Source: Planctomycetota bacterium (lineage in GTDB: Bacteria; Planctomycetota; UBA11346). Taken from it: a stretch of DNA of 64,000 bases. The stretch is from assembly GCA_038213805.1 (NCBI GenBank), contig JBBQSO010000005.1:32001-96000 (forward strand). Reading direction: 5' to 3'. Below the pieces are notes generated by a model. The model was not told the origin of the DNA. It searched no databases and saw nothing but the letters and a program-made list of their open reading frames with translations. Position numbers and translations under genes: made by a program. Shown here in pieces: positions 46,481 through 56,048 of this stretch; the stretch's first letter is position 1, and each line of letters starts with the position of its first letter.

Positions 46481-47377
46481 TCACCCCGCCGCGACGCAAG
46501 GCTCCGCCCGTTCCTGGCGCTGGTGGCTCCAGCTCGCGATGCCGCGGCGCCGGCGCTGCCAGGCGACTGCATCAGTGGAGATGCCGATCTCGTCGGCGAT
46601 GGCGCGATCGGGCTCGAGGCCCAGGCGGGCGATGATCGCCGGTGACCACAGGTCGTGGCGGAAGCGCGGAATACCGGCCTGCGCGCGCTGCAAACGGACG
46701 GTCTCCGGATTCACGGCCAGCTGGGTGGCCAATTCGTTGTCGGGCATGGTGCCCAGCAGCGCGCGCACCCGCGGCGAGTTCCAATCGACCTTGGTGCGGA
46801 TCAGGCGCGGGATGTCCAACTCGCGGCGCTTGGTAGTCACGGTCATCGGCGCCAGCCCGTGGATGCGCGCAATCTCAAGATCTGGAACCTTGCCGAGTTG
46901 GCGCAGCATCGGCGCCGACCACTGCACGGTGTTCCAGCGCGTCGCCGCCGGGATGCGGCAGGCACGGCGCTTGTGCGCGGCCGTGCTCGCGGCCATGCCG
47001 TGCTTCTGCGCGAACTGATGGTCGGAGAGCGTGGCCAACTCGCGCAGCATCACCGCCGTCCAGGTGAGGCCGATGCTGGAGGCGCCGTACGGTGGCAGAG
47101 CGAGGCGGCGGCGGCGCCAATAGACGCAAGGGATGGGCACGTTCCACAGCCGGGCGAGCTGACCGTCACTGGCAAGGCCGAGATAGGCCTCGTGCTCGGG
47201 CGTCCAGCGCACCTGGGTGCGCCGTCCTCCGTCGAGGGTGCGCTCCAGACAGGGCAGCGCGCCGGCGCGGCGCAGGATGCGCGTCAGTCGGCGGGTGCCG
47301 GGATCCGGATCCGCGGGCTCGGCGCCCGGCGACGGGCGCACGGCAGCTGTGAACGATTCGTCGGAAGTGTGGGTCAT
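46481..47377 (-). CDS. Hypothetical protein with five tandem ~46-aa HTH-like repeats
   Basis: Repeat consensus W(T/S/N)-x6-7-LGxx(P/S)DxxIAxxxGxxxxxVxxxRxxxxIP visible five times. Confidence 0.75.
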   Translation of the reverse strand: MTHTSDESFTAAVRPSPGAEPADPDPGTRRLTRILRRAGALPCLERTLDGGRRTQVRWTPEHEAYLGLASDGQLARLWNVPIPCVYWRRRRLALPPYGASSIGLTWTAVMLRELATLSDHQFAQKHGMAASTAAHKRRACRIPAATRWNTVQWSAPMLRQLGKVPDLEIARIHGLAPMTVTTKRRELDIPRLIRTKVDWNSPRVRALLGTMPDNELATQLAVNPETVRLQRAQAGIPRFRHDLWSPAIIARLGLEPDRAIADEIGISTDAVAWQRRRRGIASWSHQRQERAEPCVAAG

Positions 47378-47727
47378 GGCGATGGCCGACAGAGCGGATC
47401 CTGAGGGGGGTGGTCACTGTGATCGTGTCGACGCGCGCCCGGAGCAGCAAGTCTGCAAGCGGTACATGGGAACCCGGATGGTGCTCAAAACGATCAGGGA
47501 GTTGTGAAAAACGGCGCCAACCTATGCGGAGATCCAACCTGGACTCACGGAAAATACGGAGGGCTGACGATTTCACGGCCAATTCGATCACGGGCCTAAA
47601 AAGACCCGAGGCAGGAAGGCGACGTACTCCACCGTTGCGGATTCGGCGTGGAATCCGTCCCCGCGTCACAACTCCGACGGGCACCGACGGTGGGATCCGC
47701 CAACCGTACGGTGACTCGCAGGCGCGG

Positions 47728-48588
47728 TCACCCGCGTGGCAGCCCCAGCTGCACCTGCACATTGCGTGGCAGCGCAAACATCCCCGTCTGCAGTCCCGGA
47801 TGCCAGCAGCGCAGGTCCTTGTGCCAGGGCTGGGCGGCGGGCGTGGTCTCGCCGGTGCCATTGCGGCAGCGCGCGACCGCCCATTGGCCGCCCGGGAAGC
47901 TGGGGATGGTCATCAGGTAGACCGCGTTGTCCGGGAAGCGCTCGCTGAGTTTGCGCACGGTGGTGCGGCACTCGTCTCCGGAGAAGGTCGGGCAGCCGAG
48001 CGGTGCGACCAGCAGGCCACCGTCCTTGAGGCGGCGGAACACCGAGTCAGCGAAGCTGAGGGTGTGGAAGACGTCACTGGCGGCGTTGGTCAGCTCGCAG
48101 GCGTCGACGATGATGACGTCGAACTGGTGCGGGCAGTCGCGCAGGTAGCGGTGCGCGTCGTCGATCACCAGCTCGACGCGCGGGTCGTTCAAACAGCTCG
48201 CCGCGGTCGGGAAGAAGCGCCCGCAGACCTCGACCACCTGACGGTCGATCTCGACCACGGTGACCCGCTTCACGCCGGGGTAGCGCAGCACCTCGCGCGC
48301 CACGCCGCCGTCGCCGCCGCCAAGGATGAGCACGCGCTCGGCATTGCCCGCCACGCTGAGCGTGGGGTGGACCAGGCACTCCGAATAAAGCGCCTCGTCG
48401 AAATCGGTCAGCGCGATCGAACCGCCCAGCGTCAGCACCTTGCCGAAAGCGTGGCTGTCATAGACCGCGATGCGCTGGAACGGCGAGGTACCGCTGAACA
48501 GGCACTCGCGCAGCTTGAGTTTGAGGCCGGCGCTGTCGCCGTACAGATCCTCGAGCCACAGGTTGAGGTTCTCGTTGGACATGGTCAT
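47728..48588 (-). CDS. speE: Spermidine synthase-like aminopropyltransferase, divergent paralogue
   Basis: SPFQRI, VLILGGGDGG, VEIDRQV; active-site region DACEL instead of DxxDP. Confidence 0.8.
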   Translation of the reverse strand: MTMSNENLNLWLEDLYGDSAGLKLKLRECLFSGTSPFQRIAVYDSHAFGKVLTLGGSIALTDFDEALYSECLVHPTLSVAGNAERVLILGGGDGGVAREVLRYPGVKRVTVVEIDRQVVEVCGRFFPTAASCLNDPRVELVIDDAHRYLRDCPHQFDVIIVDACELTNAASDVFHTLSFADSVFRRLKDGGLLVAPLGCPTFSGDECRTTVRKLSERFPDNAVYLMTIPSFPGGQWAVARCRNGTGETTPAAQPWHKDLRCWHPGLQTGMFALPRNVQVQLGLPRG

Positions 48589-48592
48589 CCTC

Positions 48593-49717
48593 TCAATCGA
48601 CGACGACGATCTTGGCGCGCGGGAAGAAGTTGAAATCGGTGGCGCTGGCCGAGGTGTAGGCGCCCATCATCGGGCTGGTCACCAGTTCGCCGCACTCGAG
48701 TTCGGGCAGCATGATATCGTTGTAGATGACATCGATCGAATCGCAGGTCGGGCCGGCGACCACGCTCAGCTTCTCGGCGCCGGTGGCTTTGCCTTCGAGG
48801 CGGGCGAGCGGCATGAACTGGTAGTCGCAGTGGTCGTAGAGCTTGCCCGAGTAGCTGCCGTACAGTCCATCATCCAGGTAGTACCACATGCGGCCCTGCC
48901 GCTCGGCCTTGCCCATCACCGATGCGACCAGGGTCATCGAAGGGGCCGAGATGAAGCGTCCCGGCTCGGCGATCAGGCGCACGCCGGGGAACAGGCGCTC
49001 GAGTTCGGCCGCGATCGGGTGGCAGTAATAGTGGATCGGCATGACCTGGTCGGTGTAGGGCACCGGGTAGCCGCCGCCGATGTCCAGGGTGTCGAGACGG
49101 ATGCCGTCGAGGGCCGCGAGGTTGAAGAGCTGGCGGCAGAACGAGATCGCCTCGATGTACTTGAAGTTGTTGAGCAGCTGCGAGCCGGCATGGAAGCTCA
49201 GCCCGCGCACCTTCAGGCCCATGCCGACGGCCTTGCGCAGCAGGTCGAGGCCGTCCTGGGGCTGCACGCCGAATTTCAGCGACAGGTCGCACTGCGCCTC
49301 CTTATTGCGGAAGCTCAGGCGCATGATCAGTTCGATGCGGTCCTTGTAGGGCAGGAATTTTGGCAGCTCGTACGGGTTGTCGAAAATGAACGTGCGGCAG
49401 CCGTAGTCGAGCGCGTAGCGGATATCCTGGTCGCGCTTGATCGGATGGGTATGGATGGTGCGCGTCGGATCGACGCCGACGTCGCGGACGACGTCGACTT
49501 CGCCGCTGGTGGCGAGGTCGAACCAGCCACCCTCGTCTTTGATCGCCTGCACCACCGCGGGATGCGGCAGTGGCTTGAGTGCATAGTGCAGCTGGACGCC
49601 TGGCAGCGCCTGCTGCAGGGTGCGGTACTGGCTGCGGATGGTCTGGGTCGAGAGCAGAAGCAGCGGCGTGCCGTGTTCGGCAGCCAGGGCACGCATGCGG
49701 GCGGGATCGAGGAACAT
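48593..49717 (-). CDS. Fold-type III (alanine-racemase-like) ornithine/lysine decarboxylase
   Basis: HYALK PLP lysine, SFHAGSQ, LDIGGGY, AEPGRF, GPTCDSID, MGAYT. Confidence 0.9.
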   Translation of the reverse strand: MFLDPARMRALAAEHGTPLLLLSTQTIRSQYRTLQQALPGVQLHYALKPLPHPAVVQAIKDEGGWFDLATSGEVDVVRDVGVDPTRTIHTHPIKRDQDIRYALDYGCRTFIFDNPYELPKFLPYKDRIELIMRLSFRNKEAQCDLSLKFGVQPQDGLDLLRKAVGMGLKVRGLSFHAGSQLLNNFKYIEAISFCRQLFNLAALDGIRLDTLDIGGGYPVPYTDQVMPIHYYCHPIAAELERLFPGVRLIAEPGRFISAPSMTLVASVMGKAERQGRMWYYLDDGLYGSYSGKLYDHCDYQFMPLARLEGKATGAEKLSVVAGPTCDSIDVIYNDIMLPELECGELVTSPMMGAYTSASATDFNFFPRAKIVVVD

Positions 49718-49851
49718 GGGCGCTCAGCTGCGGGCTGCGGCCTGCGCGCCGCCGCTCGTGGTGGGCGCTATCGTGCAGGCCTGGTTCACGGGCACCTCAT
49801 CGCCGACCGCCGCTGGCGGCGCGTCCGGGTTCCGGGCGCGCCGCTTCGGGG

Positions 49852-50796
49852 TCAGGTGTCGGAGAGCTTGAGACCGCCCTGGTTGATGTCGATGTCGTCG
49901 AGCACCTTGGGCTTCTTGTCGGTGATCACCGGGACGCTGTCGAGGTCCTCGAGCAGCTCGGTGACGAACGGGAAGGGCACCAGCATGCTGTGGTGGGTGG
50001 CCGCGTTGTAGGCCTTCAGGCCGCTGATCCCGCGCGCGTTGAGGCGCGTGGCGAGGTCGGCGTGGCTGAGCTCGGCGACGTCGAGCTTGTCGCTGCACAC
50101 CGTCACCGACCACAGCACGGCGTACATGTGGATGTAGAGATAGAACGTGCGGCGGTACTTGAAGACCTCGCGCAGGGTCGCGTGGCACTGCTTGAAGGTG
50201 TTCGGGCGCGAAACCGGGCTCTCGGTGTGCATCACGAACAAGCCGTTCTCATCCTTGAAAGTCTTCTTCACCTCCTTGAAGAACTCCTTGGTGTAGAGCA
50301 TCACCGACGGACCGAACGGGTCGGTCATGTCCATGATCACCGCGTCGAACTTCTCCTTGGTCTTCTGCACAAACTTGCGGCCGTCGCCCACCTCGAGGCG
50401 GTAGCGCTTGTCGGCGAAGGCGCCGGCGTTGATCTCGGGCATCAGCTTCTCGCAGAAGTCGACCACACCGCCGTCGAGCTCGGCCATCACCGCCTTCTTG
50501 ACGGTGCTGTGCTTGAGCACCTCGCGCAGGATGCCGCCGTCGCCGGCGCCGATGATCAGTACGTCCTCAGGCTTGGGGTGCGCGGTCAAGGCGGGGTGGA
50601 CCATCGGCTCGTGGTAGAGGAACTCGTTCTTTGAGGTCACCTGGGTGACGCCGTCCAGCAGCAGCACGTTGCCGAACTCCTCGCTCTCGACGATCTCCAG
50701 CTTCTGCCACTTGGTCTTGGCCTGGTGCAGGGTCTTACCGGCCTTGTAGAAGTAGCCGAAGGTGGGGTTGAGGCGCTCGACGATGTAGCGGGACAT
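49852..50796 (-). CDS. speE: Polyamine aminopropyltransferase (spermidine synthase family)
   Basis: LLLDGVTQ, EFLYHEPMVH, IIGAGDGG, DMTDPFGP. Confidence 0.88.
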   Translation of the reverse strand: MSRYIVERLNPTFGYFYKAGKTLHQAKTKWQKLEIVESEEFGNVLLLDGVTQVTSKNEFLYHEPMVHPALTAHPKPEDVLIIGAGDGGILREVLKHSTVKKAVMAELDGGVVDFCEKLMPEINAGAFADKRYRLEVGDGRKFVQKTKEKFDAVIMDMTDPFGPSVMLYTKEFFKEVKKTFKDENGLFVMHTESPVSRPNTFKQCHATLREVFKYRRTFYLYIHMYAVLWSVTVCSDKLDVAELSHADLATRLNARGISGLKAYNAATHHSMLVPFPFVTELLEDLDSVPVITDKKPKVLDDIDINQGGLKLSDT

Positions 50797-50916
50797 GGGA
50801 TTTCCTGGGGAGTGGGCCGGTCCGCGGCCGCAGGGGCCGTCCGGGGTGCGCAGGTTGTAGGGGGGCAGCAAACCCCCGCAATCCGAAGATTTCATGAAGG
50901 ACGGGGGAAGGCCCCG

Positions 50917-50950
50917 GTCCGGAAGTCCGGAAGTCCGGAGGTCCGGAAGT
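50917..50950. repeat. Solo octamer array (GTCCGGAA)4
   Basis: Same unit as arrays at 20643 and 63102; no inverted partner array seen. Confidence 0.75.
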
Positions 50951-51164
50951 CGCGGTAAACCGCGCCTAAAGCGGCACAACCTCCCGCTGCGGGTCGATGC
51001 CGGGGATGGCTCCTTGGCGGCTGTAAAGTCCGGGGCGCAGAGGTAGACCTTCATCCTGGGCCGCGACTTTGGCTTCAAGCGCCGCATCTGCCTTGTCTCT
51101 GAACCCGGACAGTCCCTGGCATCTCGACACTCGCCTCTTGGCGGGCGGCTCCTAGCATTCGGGC

Positions 51165-52070
51165 ATGCTCCACGGCACCACGTCCCCGCTCATCCGGCCG
51201 GCCGACCTCGCGCGGCTGCACAGCCTGGAGGTGGCGGCGCGCATCGTGGTGGAAGGCCTGCAGACCGGCGCGCACCGCAGCCCGCACAAGGGGCACTCGG
51301 TCGATTTCGCCGACCACCGGCCGTATGTGGCCGGCGACGACCTGCGCCATCTCGACTGGAAGGTGCTCGGTCGCAGCGACCGCCTGGTGCTCAAACGCTA
51401 CGAGGCTGAGACCGACCTGGGCTGCACACTGGCGGTCGATGGCTCGGCAAGCATGGGCTACAAGGGCGAGCGTTCGGGGCTCAGCAAATACACCTACGCA
51501 GCCGGCTTGGCCGCCTCGATGGCCTACCTGACGCTCCAGCAGCAGGACCGCGCCGGGCTGGTGATTTTCGCCGAGAAGGTCGCCATCGAATACAAGCCGG
51601 CCCGCACCGACCAGCTGTCGCGCATCTGCCGCGCGCTCGAGGCGCACCAGCCGGCCGCCGGCACCGACGCTGTGAAGGGCCTTGAGCACCTCGTCGCGCC
51701 CGCCTACCACAAGGGGCTGGTGCTGGTGTTCAGCGATTTCCTCGCCGATCCCGAAACCATCCGCGACACCCTCGATCGGCTGCGCCACCGCGGTCACGAC
51801 ATCGCCCTGGTGTGGGTGCTCGATCCGGACGAACTGGATCTGGGGGTGTCGACGGTCAGCCGCTTTGAGGGCCTGGAACAGGATGGCACCCTGACTGCTG
51901 AGCCACGCAGCCTACGCGTGGCTTATGCCGCCGAGGTCGCGCGCCACCGCCTGCAGCTGCAGAAGCTGTGCCGCGGGCGCAAGCTGGCCTTCGTCGAGTG
52001 CACGACCTCCGAGCCGTTCCACCTGCCGCTGAACCGGCTGCTGGTCTCGCTGCACGCCGAGCGCCGCTGA
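51165..52070 (+). CDS. DUF58 domain-containing protein (MoxR-associated family)
   Basis: GAHRSPHKGHSVDFADHRPYVAGDDLRHLDWK, DGSASM, FSDFL. Confidence 0.9.
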   Translation: MLHGTTSPLIRPADLARLHSLEVAARIVVEGLQTGAHRSPHKGHSVDFADHRPYVAGDDLRHLDWKVLGRSDRLVLKRYEAETDLGCTLAVDGSASMGYKGERSGLSKYTYAAGLAASMAYLTLQQQDRAGLVIFAEKVAIEYKPARTDQLSRICRALEAHQPAAGTDAVKGLEHLVAPAYHKGLVLVFSDFLADPETIRDTLDRLRHRGHDIALVWVLDPDELDLGVSTVSRFEGLEQDGTLTAEPRSLRVAYAAEVARHRLQLQKLCRGRKLAFVECTTSEPFHLPLNRLLVSLHAERR

Positions 52071-52174
52071 CCGCTCGCGGATGGTGCGCAGGGTCGTACC
52101 CGCCCCACCGGTGCCGAGGGCGGGCATCCGAAAGCCTCAGAAGTTGGTGAAGGCGCTGGTCGCGGCGCGGCCCC

Positions 52175-52393
52175 TTAACGTGCGAGCGGGATGCGGCCGA
52201 CCTTTGGCGTCTCGGTGATCGCGACAGAGCCGTTCTTGCTGACCCCGCGGATGACGATGTGCGAGCCGAAGGAGTTCTCGGCCAGGCCGATCGAAGCCTT
52301 GCCGGAGGTGATGGCCTCGAGCACGTGGGACTTGGCTGCTTCTGCGGTAGCGTGATCCTTGGAGAGGTTGCCGATGCGGGTTCGGAAGGCCAT
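52175..52393 (-). CDS. Small hypothetical protein (72 aa)
   Basis: ATG with AAGGGA upstream; GC3-biased codons; globular-looking composition. Confidence 0.55.
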   Translation of the reverse strand: MAFRTRIGNLSKDHATAEAAKSHVLEAITSGKASIGLAENSFGSHIVIRGVSKNGSVAITETPKVGRIPLAR

Positions 52394-52604
52394 GGAGTGG
52401 ATCCCTTGCCCGTGCATACCCGAGGGCGCCGATGGTATGCAAATGCTTCCTTTTGCGAGCGGGTGAGACCATGGAGCCAGCCCTGCTCCGCGGACCTTAG
52501 ACACGTCGGGCACCGGCAGCATTCGCCCGTTGTGTTGGGCCAGCGCCCAAGCGTGGTGCCTGAAAATCCTGGTCGGCGACGGCCTTCGCCGACCATACCC
52601 TGGA

Positions 52605-55064
52605 TCAGGGCAGCACGATGTCCGTGCTCTCTCCTACGGCGATGACGCGGGTATCCGCTGGATGTCCCACCACGGCCGCGGTGACCGCAAGCTTTCCTCC
52701 CTGCCGCTCCACCACCAAGTCCCACTCGCGGCCGAAGGCGCGGATGCTGCGCAGCGCCATGCGTGGCCAGCCGTCCGGCAGGCGCGGGGTGCAGCGGAAG
52801 CGGTCCAGGCCCGTGGGCAGGATGCCGAACAGGCCTTCGCTGAAGATGCGGCAGTAGAGGGCGCTCTCGGATGACAGCTGGTTGCCGCGGCTGCCAGTCT
52901 CGACCGCGTAGGGTACGTGGTCGCCGAGCAGGCGGCGCTGGCTGAAGGCGGTCAGGTAGCGCAACCCTTCAGCGGTCGCGCCGGCCTGGAAGACGCCGCG
53001 CAGACCGTAGAGCGTCGAGCGGTCCCAGAAGATGCGGTTGCCGGCCTGGGTGGCGAGACCGTCAACGGACCACAGGCGCGGCGAGAATAACGCGGCGATG
53101 GTGGCGTCACGGCGCTCCATCAGCCCCATGCACAGCGGCAGGCAGATCCACGAGCGCAGCACCTCGCAGCCGTCGAAGTAGCGGTAGGTCGCGAAGCCCT
53201 CGACGCTGGCACCGAAGCAGCGCTCGATGGCCTGGGCCACGCTCACGGCGCGCTGGTCGTAGTCAGCGGCCTCGCCACGTCGACCCAGGGCACGCGCGAG
53301 GTCCGCCGCGGAGCGCAGGCCGCCATAGCACAGGCTGATAGTCGAAAGGTTGGCGGCGCCGGCGGGAAAGCGTCCTTCGAGCTCGTCGTTGTCCGAGCGG
53401 ATCGCGCCGTCCGGTCCGGTCTGCCGCCGGCAGTACTCCAGACACCAGACGATGCCTGGCCAAAGCTCCTCGGCGAAGGCGCGGTCGCCGCGCGCCAGAC
53501 AGAAGCGCGCGCAGCCATAGGCGTACATCGCTGCGTCGCCGCGGTCGCCGGCGCCGTCCCAGAAGCTGGTGCCCTCGGCGACAATCGACGAAGGGATGCG
53601 ATGGTAGTCGGGCTTCATGGAGGCCCGGTAGCCACGGTAGGTGTCGAGCGAGGCCTGATTGCCGCCGTCATCGCCCAGGAACGGGAAGAACGGGCCGGCG
53701 TATTCGACGTTGTCGTTGCACCACGTGGCGGCGTAGTACGCCAGACCGCCAGGCGCGAGCATCAGTCCACCGCGCGTGGCGTTGATCGCTTCGGCGACGC
53801 GCAGCTTGGCCATGGCGAAGGTGTGGTCGAGGACCGGATCGGGAGTCTCCAGGCGCAGCGCCTGCTGCAGGCCGGCGAAGAAGGCGCGGCGTGCGGCCTC
53901 GTCAGCGGCGGCGTCCGGTACCGCGCTGGTCGCCTCGCCTTCCAGGTACGCGCTGAAGCGCACCGCGAAATCCATGGACCGGCCTGGCGCGAGCACGGTG
54001 CTCGCGGGCGCATCGTGGGCGACCTCCATGATGTTCAGGCCATACGGCCCGCGCACCTCGTCGCGGAGCGCCAGCGGTGCGACCGCCACCGTCAACGGGG
54101 CGGATCCCGTGTTGCGCAGGGTCCAGCGGTCGAGTGCGGTGCGCGCGCTGGTGGTCGGAAAGGTGCAGCGCGTGATCGCGACCCCGGCCGACGCGGTGGC
54201 GTGGAAGGTCAAGGTGCCATCCAGTACCACCCGCGTCACGCGCAGTTCGCCGAGCGGTGAGCCGTTGATACTGATCGCCGGCTCGGCCTCGTGGCCATAG
54301 TGGTGGATGAGGCTGCTATGGGTGTTGTTCGGCGGGATGCGTAGCGACGGCCACACCAGGCTGCGCGCGACACGCAGGCCGCGTTCGCCGCTGACCGCAT
54401 ACTCGACGACCTGGCCGGCGAGACGGCCGCCCTGCTCGAGGAAGTCGTCATGTTCGGGGGCGCGATCGCCGGCGACATCCCATGCGATGGTGGAATTGTC
54501 GGCAAGGTGCCAGCGCACATGCGGTGGCGCCGGGATGGTCTCGGGCCGGTTGCCGGCGACCTGGAACGCCGCCTCGGACCAGTCGGCATGGTCGCCACCG
54601 ATGCCGTCTCCTCCGCTGCTGACGGCCAGGATCAGCGTGTGCAACCCGGCGATGTCGACATCCACCGGTTTGGAGGGATCGCTGCCATGCATCACGCCGC
54701 TGCGCCACAGCTCCTTGCCGTCGCCGCTGATGATGAACTCCACGCTTCCGCTGCGGCCCATGGCGCCGTCTTCGTCATCGACGCCGACGTTGGCAGTGAA
54801 GCGCGTACTGCCACCGGCGAGCGCAATGTGGAGCGCGCTGGGCGCGTGCGTGCCGAAGCCGTGGGTGAAGCGGATGCCGCCGATGCGCAGGGGGTGACCC
54901 TCCACCGAACGGTCGATGCCGGGGGAACCCCAACCTTGCTGGGCCAGGCTCAGGTCGAGCGAGGAGAGCCGTACATTCTCGGCACCCGGCAGCGCGGTGG
55001 CCAGGGCCAGGGCGCAGGCGAGGATCACAAATCTTCCGACCGCGGTCGGATGAACTGCGGACAT
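52605..55064 (-). CDS. Secreted NPCBM/NEW2 carbohydrate-binding module fused to a six-hairpin glycosidase-like domain
   Basis: QQGWG, GFGTHA, VGVDD, DHADW (NPCBM); YYAATWCNDNVEY, GDRGDAAMYAYG, SDNDELEGRFP catalytic region; start 55064 or 55088. Confidence 0.8.
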   Translation of the reverse strand: MSAVHPTAVGRFVILACALALATALPGAENVRLSSLDLSLAQQGWGSPGIDRSVEGHPLRIGGIRFTHGFGTHAPSALHIALAGGSTRFTANVGVDDEDGAMGRSGSVEFIISGDGKELWRSGVMHGSDPSKPVDVDIAGLHTLILAVSSGGDGIGGDHADWSEAAFQVAGNRPETIPAPPHVRWHLADNSTIAWDVAGDRAPEHDDFLEQGGRLAGQVVEYAVSGERGLRVARSLVWPSLRIPPNNTHSSLIHHYGHEAEPAISINGSPLGELRVTRVVLDGTLTFHATASAGVAITRCTFPTTSARTALDRWTLRNTGSAPLTVAVAPLALRDEVRGPYGLNIMEVAHDAPASTVLAPGRSMDFAVRFSAYLEGEATSAVPDAAADEAARRAFFAGLQQALRLETPDPVLDHTFAMAKLRVAEAINATRGGLMLAPGGLAYYAATWCNDNVEYAGPFFPFLGDDGGNQASLDTYRGYRASMKPDYHRIPSSIVAEGTSFWDGAGDRGDAAMYAYGCARFCLARGDRAFAEELWPGIVWCLEYCRRQTGPDGAIRSDNDELEGRFPAGAANLSTISLCYGGLRSAADLARALGRRGEAADYDQRAVSVAQAIERCFGASVEGFATYRYFDGCEVLRSWICLPLCMGLMERRDATIAALFSPRLWSVDGLATQAGNRIFWDRSTLYGLRGVFQAGATAEGLRYLTAFSQRRLLGDHVPYAVETGSRGNQLSSESALYCRIFSEGLFGILPTGLDRFRCTPRLPDGWPRMALRSIRAFGREWDLVVERQGGKLAVTAAVVGHPADTRVIAVGESTDIVLP

Positions 55065-55214
55065 CTGGAGACGCGACGCGATCGGCATGAACCAGCCTCC
55101 GGAAGGATGGTTCCAGAGTAGCTTGGCCAGCGATCCGGCCAGTCGCGAATCTCTGACATGGACATGCGTGAAACGCGCACGTGCGACTCGCGACTCGCGC
55201 CATGAGACCCCGAT

Positions 55215-56048
55215 TCAGCGGTGGCGGGCGCGGAAGGCGCTTGGAGGCAGGCCCACGACGCGGCGGAAGACGGCGCTGAAGTAGAGCGGGGTGAAGCCCA
55301 GCTCGCGTGCGATGGCGCTGCTCGGACGGTCGGAGCCGAGGAGCAGGGCCTGCGCCTGGCGCATAGCGTGCAGCAGGCCATAGCGCTGCGGCGTGGTCTG
55401 CAGACCGGCTCGAAACAGGCGATTGAGATGCGCGGCGCTGACCCCGGCGCGCTGCGCCAGGTCCGCGGTCGACAGCGCGCGCCCTGCGCGTCCTTCGAGC
55501 AGCGGCAGGACGCGTACCACCGCCGGGTGCAGCACCGCCTCGCCACGCGCCGCCTGGCTGGACATAAGCAGCTCGACGAGCAGCTGGTAGCCGATCCCGG
55601 ACGCCTGCGCGTGCCAGTCGCCGCGTGCGCGCATGAACAACCGGCGCAGGCCCGCGAACAGCGTCTGGGCACGGCGCGCATCGCGCCACACCACGCGCGA
55701 TGGCAGGCGTCCGACCACATCGTCGGCGAGGGGGCCGGCCAGACCGAAGTAGACTTTGTGCACCGCGCCGCCGAGTGCGCGGTAACGGTGCCGTGCGCCC
55801 CGCCGCAGCACGAAGGCTTCGCCGGCGCCGATTTCCGCGCTCGCGCCGTCCTGTTCGAGATGGATGGTCCCGCGCAACACCAGCTCGATGGCTATGATCG
55901 GTGAGCATACCCGCGCGCAGACCTCGCCCCGCGGCCACCACGAAGCGCCGATCTCGGTCACGCGCAGCGGCAGCGGCGCCGGGCTGTGGCCGGCGAGGAT
56001 GAACCAGCTGCTCGCCGAGCCGCTGCCGCGGATGCGATTCACAGTCAT
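55215..56048 (-). CDS. AraC-family transcriptional regulator
   Basis: Cupin N-domain; LAQRAGVSAAHLNRLF and IARELGF..YFSAVFRRVVGLPPSAFR double HTH. Confidence 0.9.
   Translation of the reverse strand: MTVNRIRGSGSASSWFILAGHSPAPLPLRVTEIGASWWPRGEVCARVCSPIIAIELVLRGTIHLEQDGASAEIGAGEAFVLRRGARHRYRALGGAVHKVYFGLAGPLADDVVGRLPSRVVWRDARRAQTLFAGLRRLFMRARGDWHAQASGIGYQLLVELLMSSQAARGEAVLHPAVVRVLPLLEGRAGRALSTADLAQRAGVSAAHLNRLFRAGLQTTPQRYGLLHAMRQAQALLLGSDRPSSAIARELGFTPLYFSAVFRRVVGLPPSAFRARHR

Noticed and set aside
51020..51115. AAAGTCCGGG and GAACCCGG resemble RNase P RNA conserved regions
   Set aside because: They are only ~75 nt apart, and the GAGGAA and bulged-U P4 signature are missing; too short for RNase P RNA.
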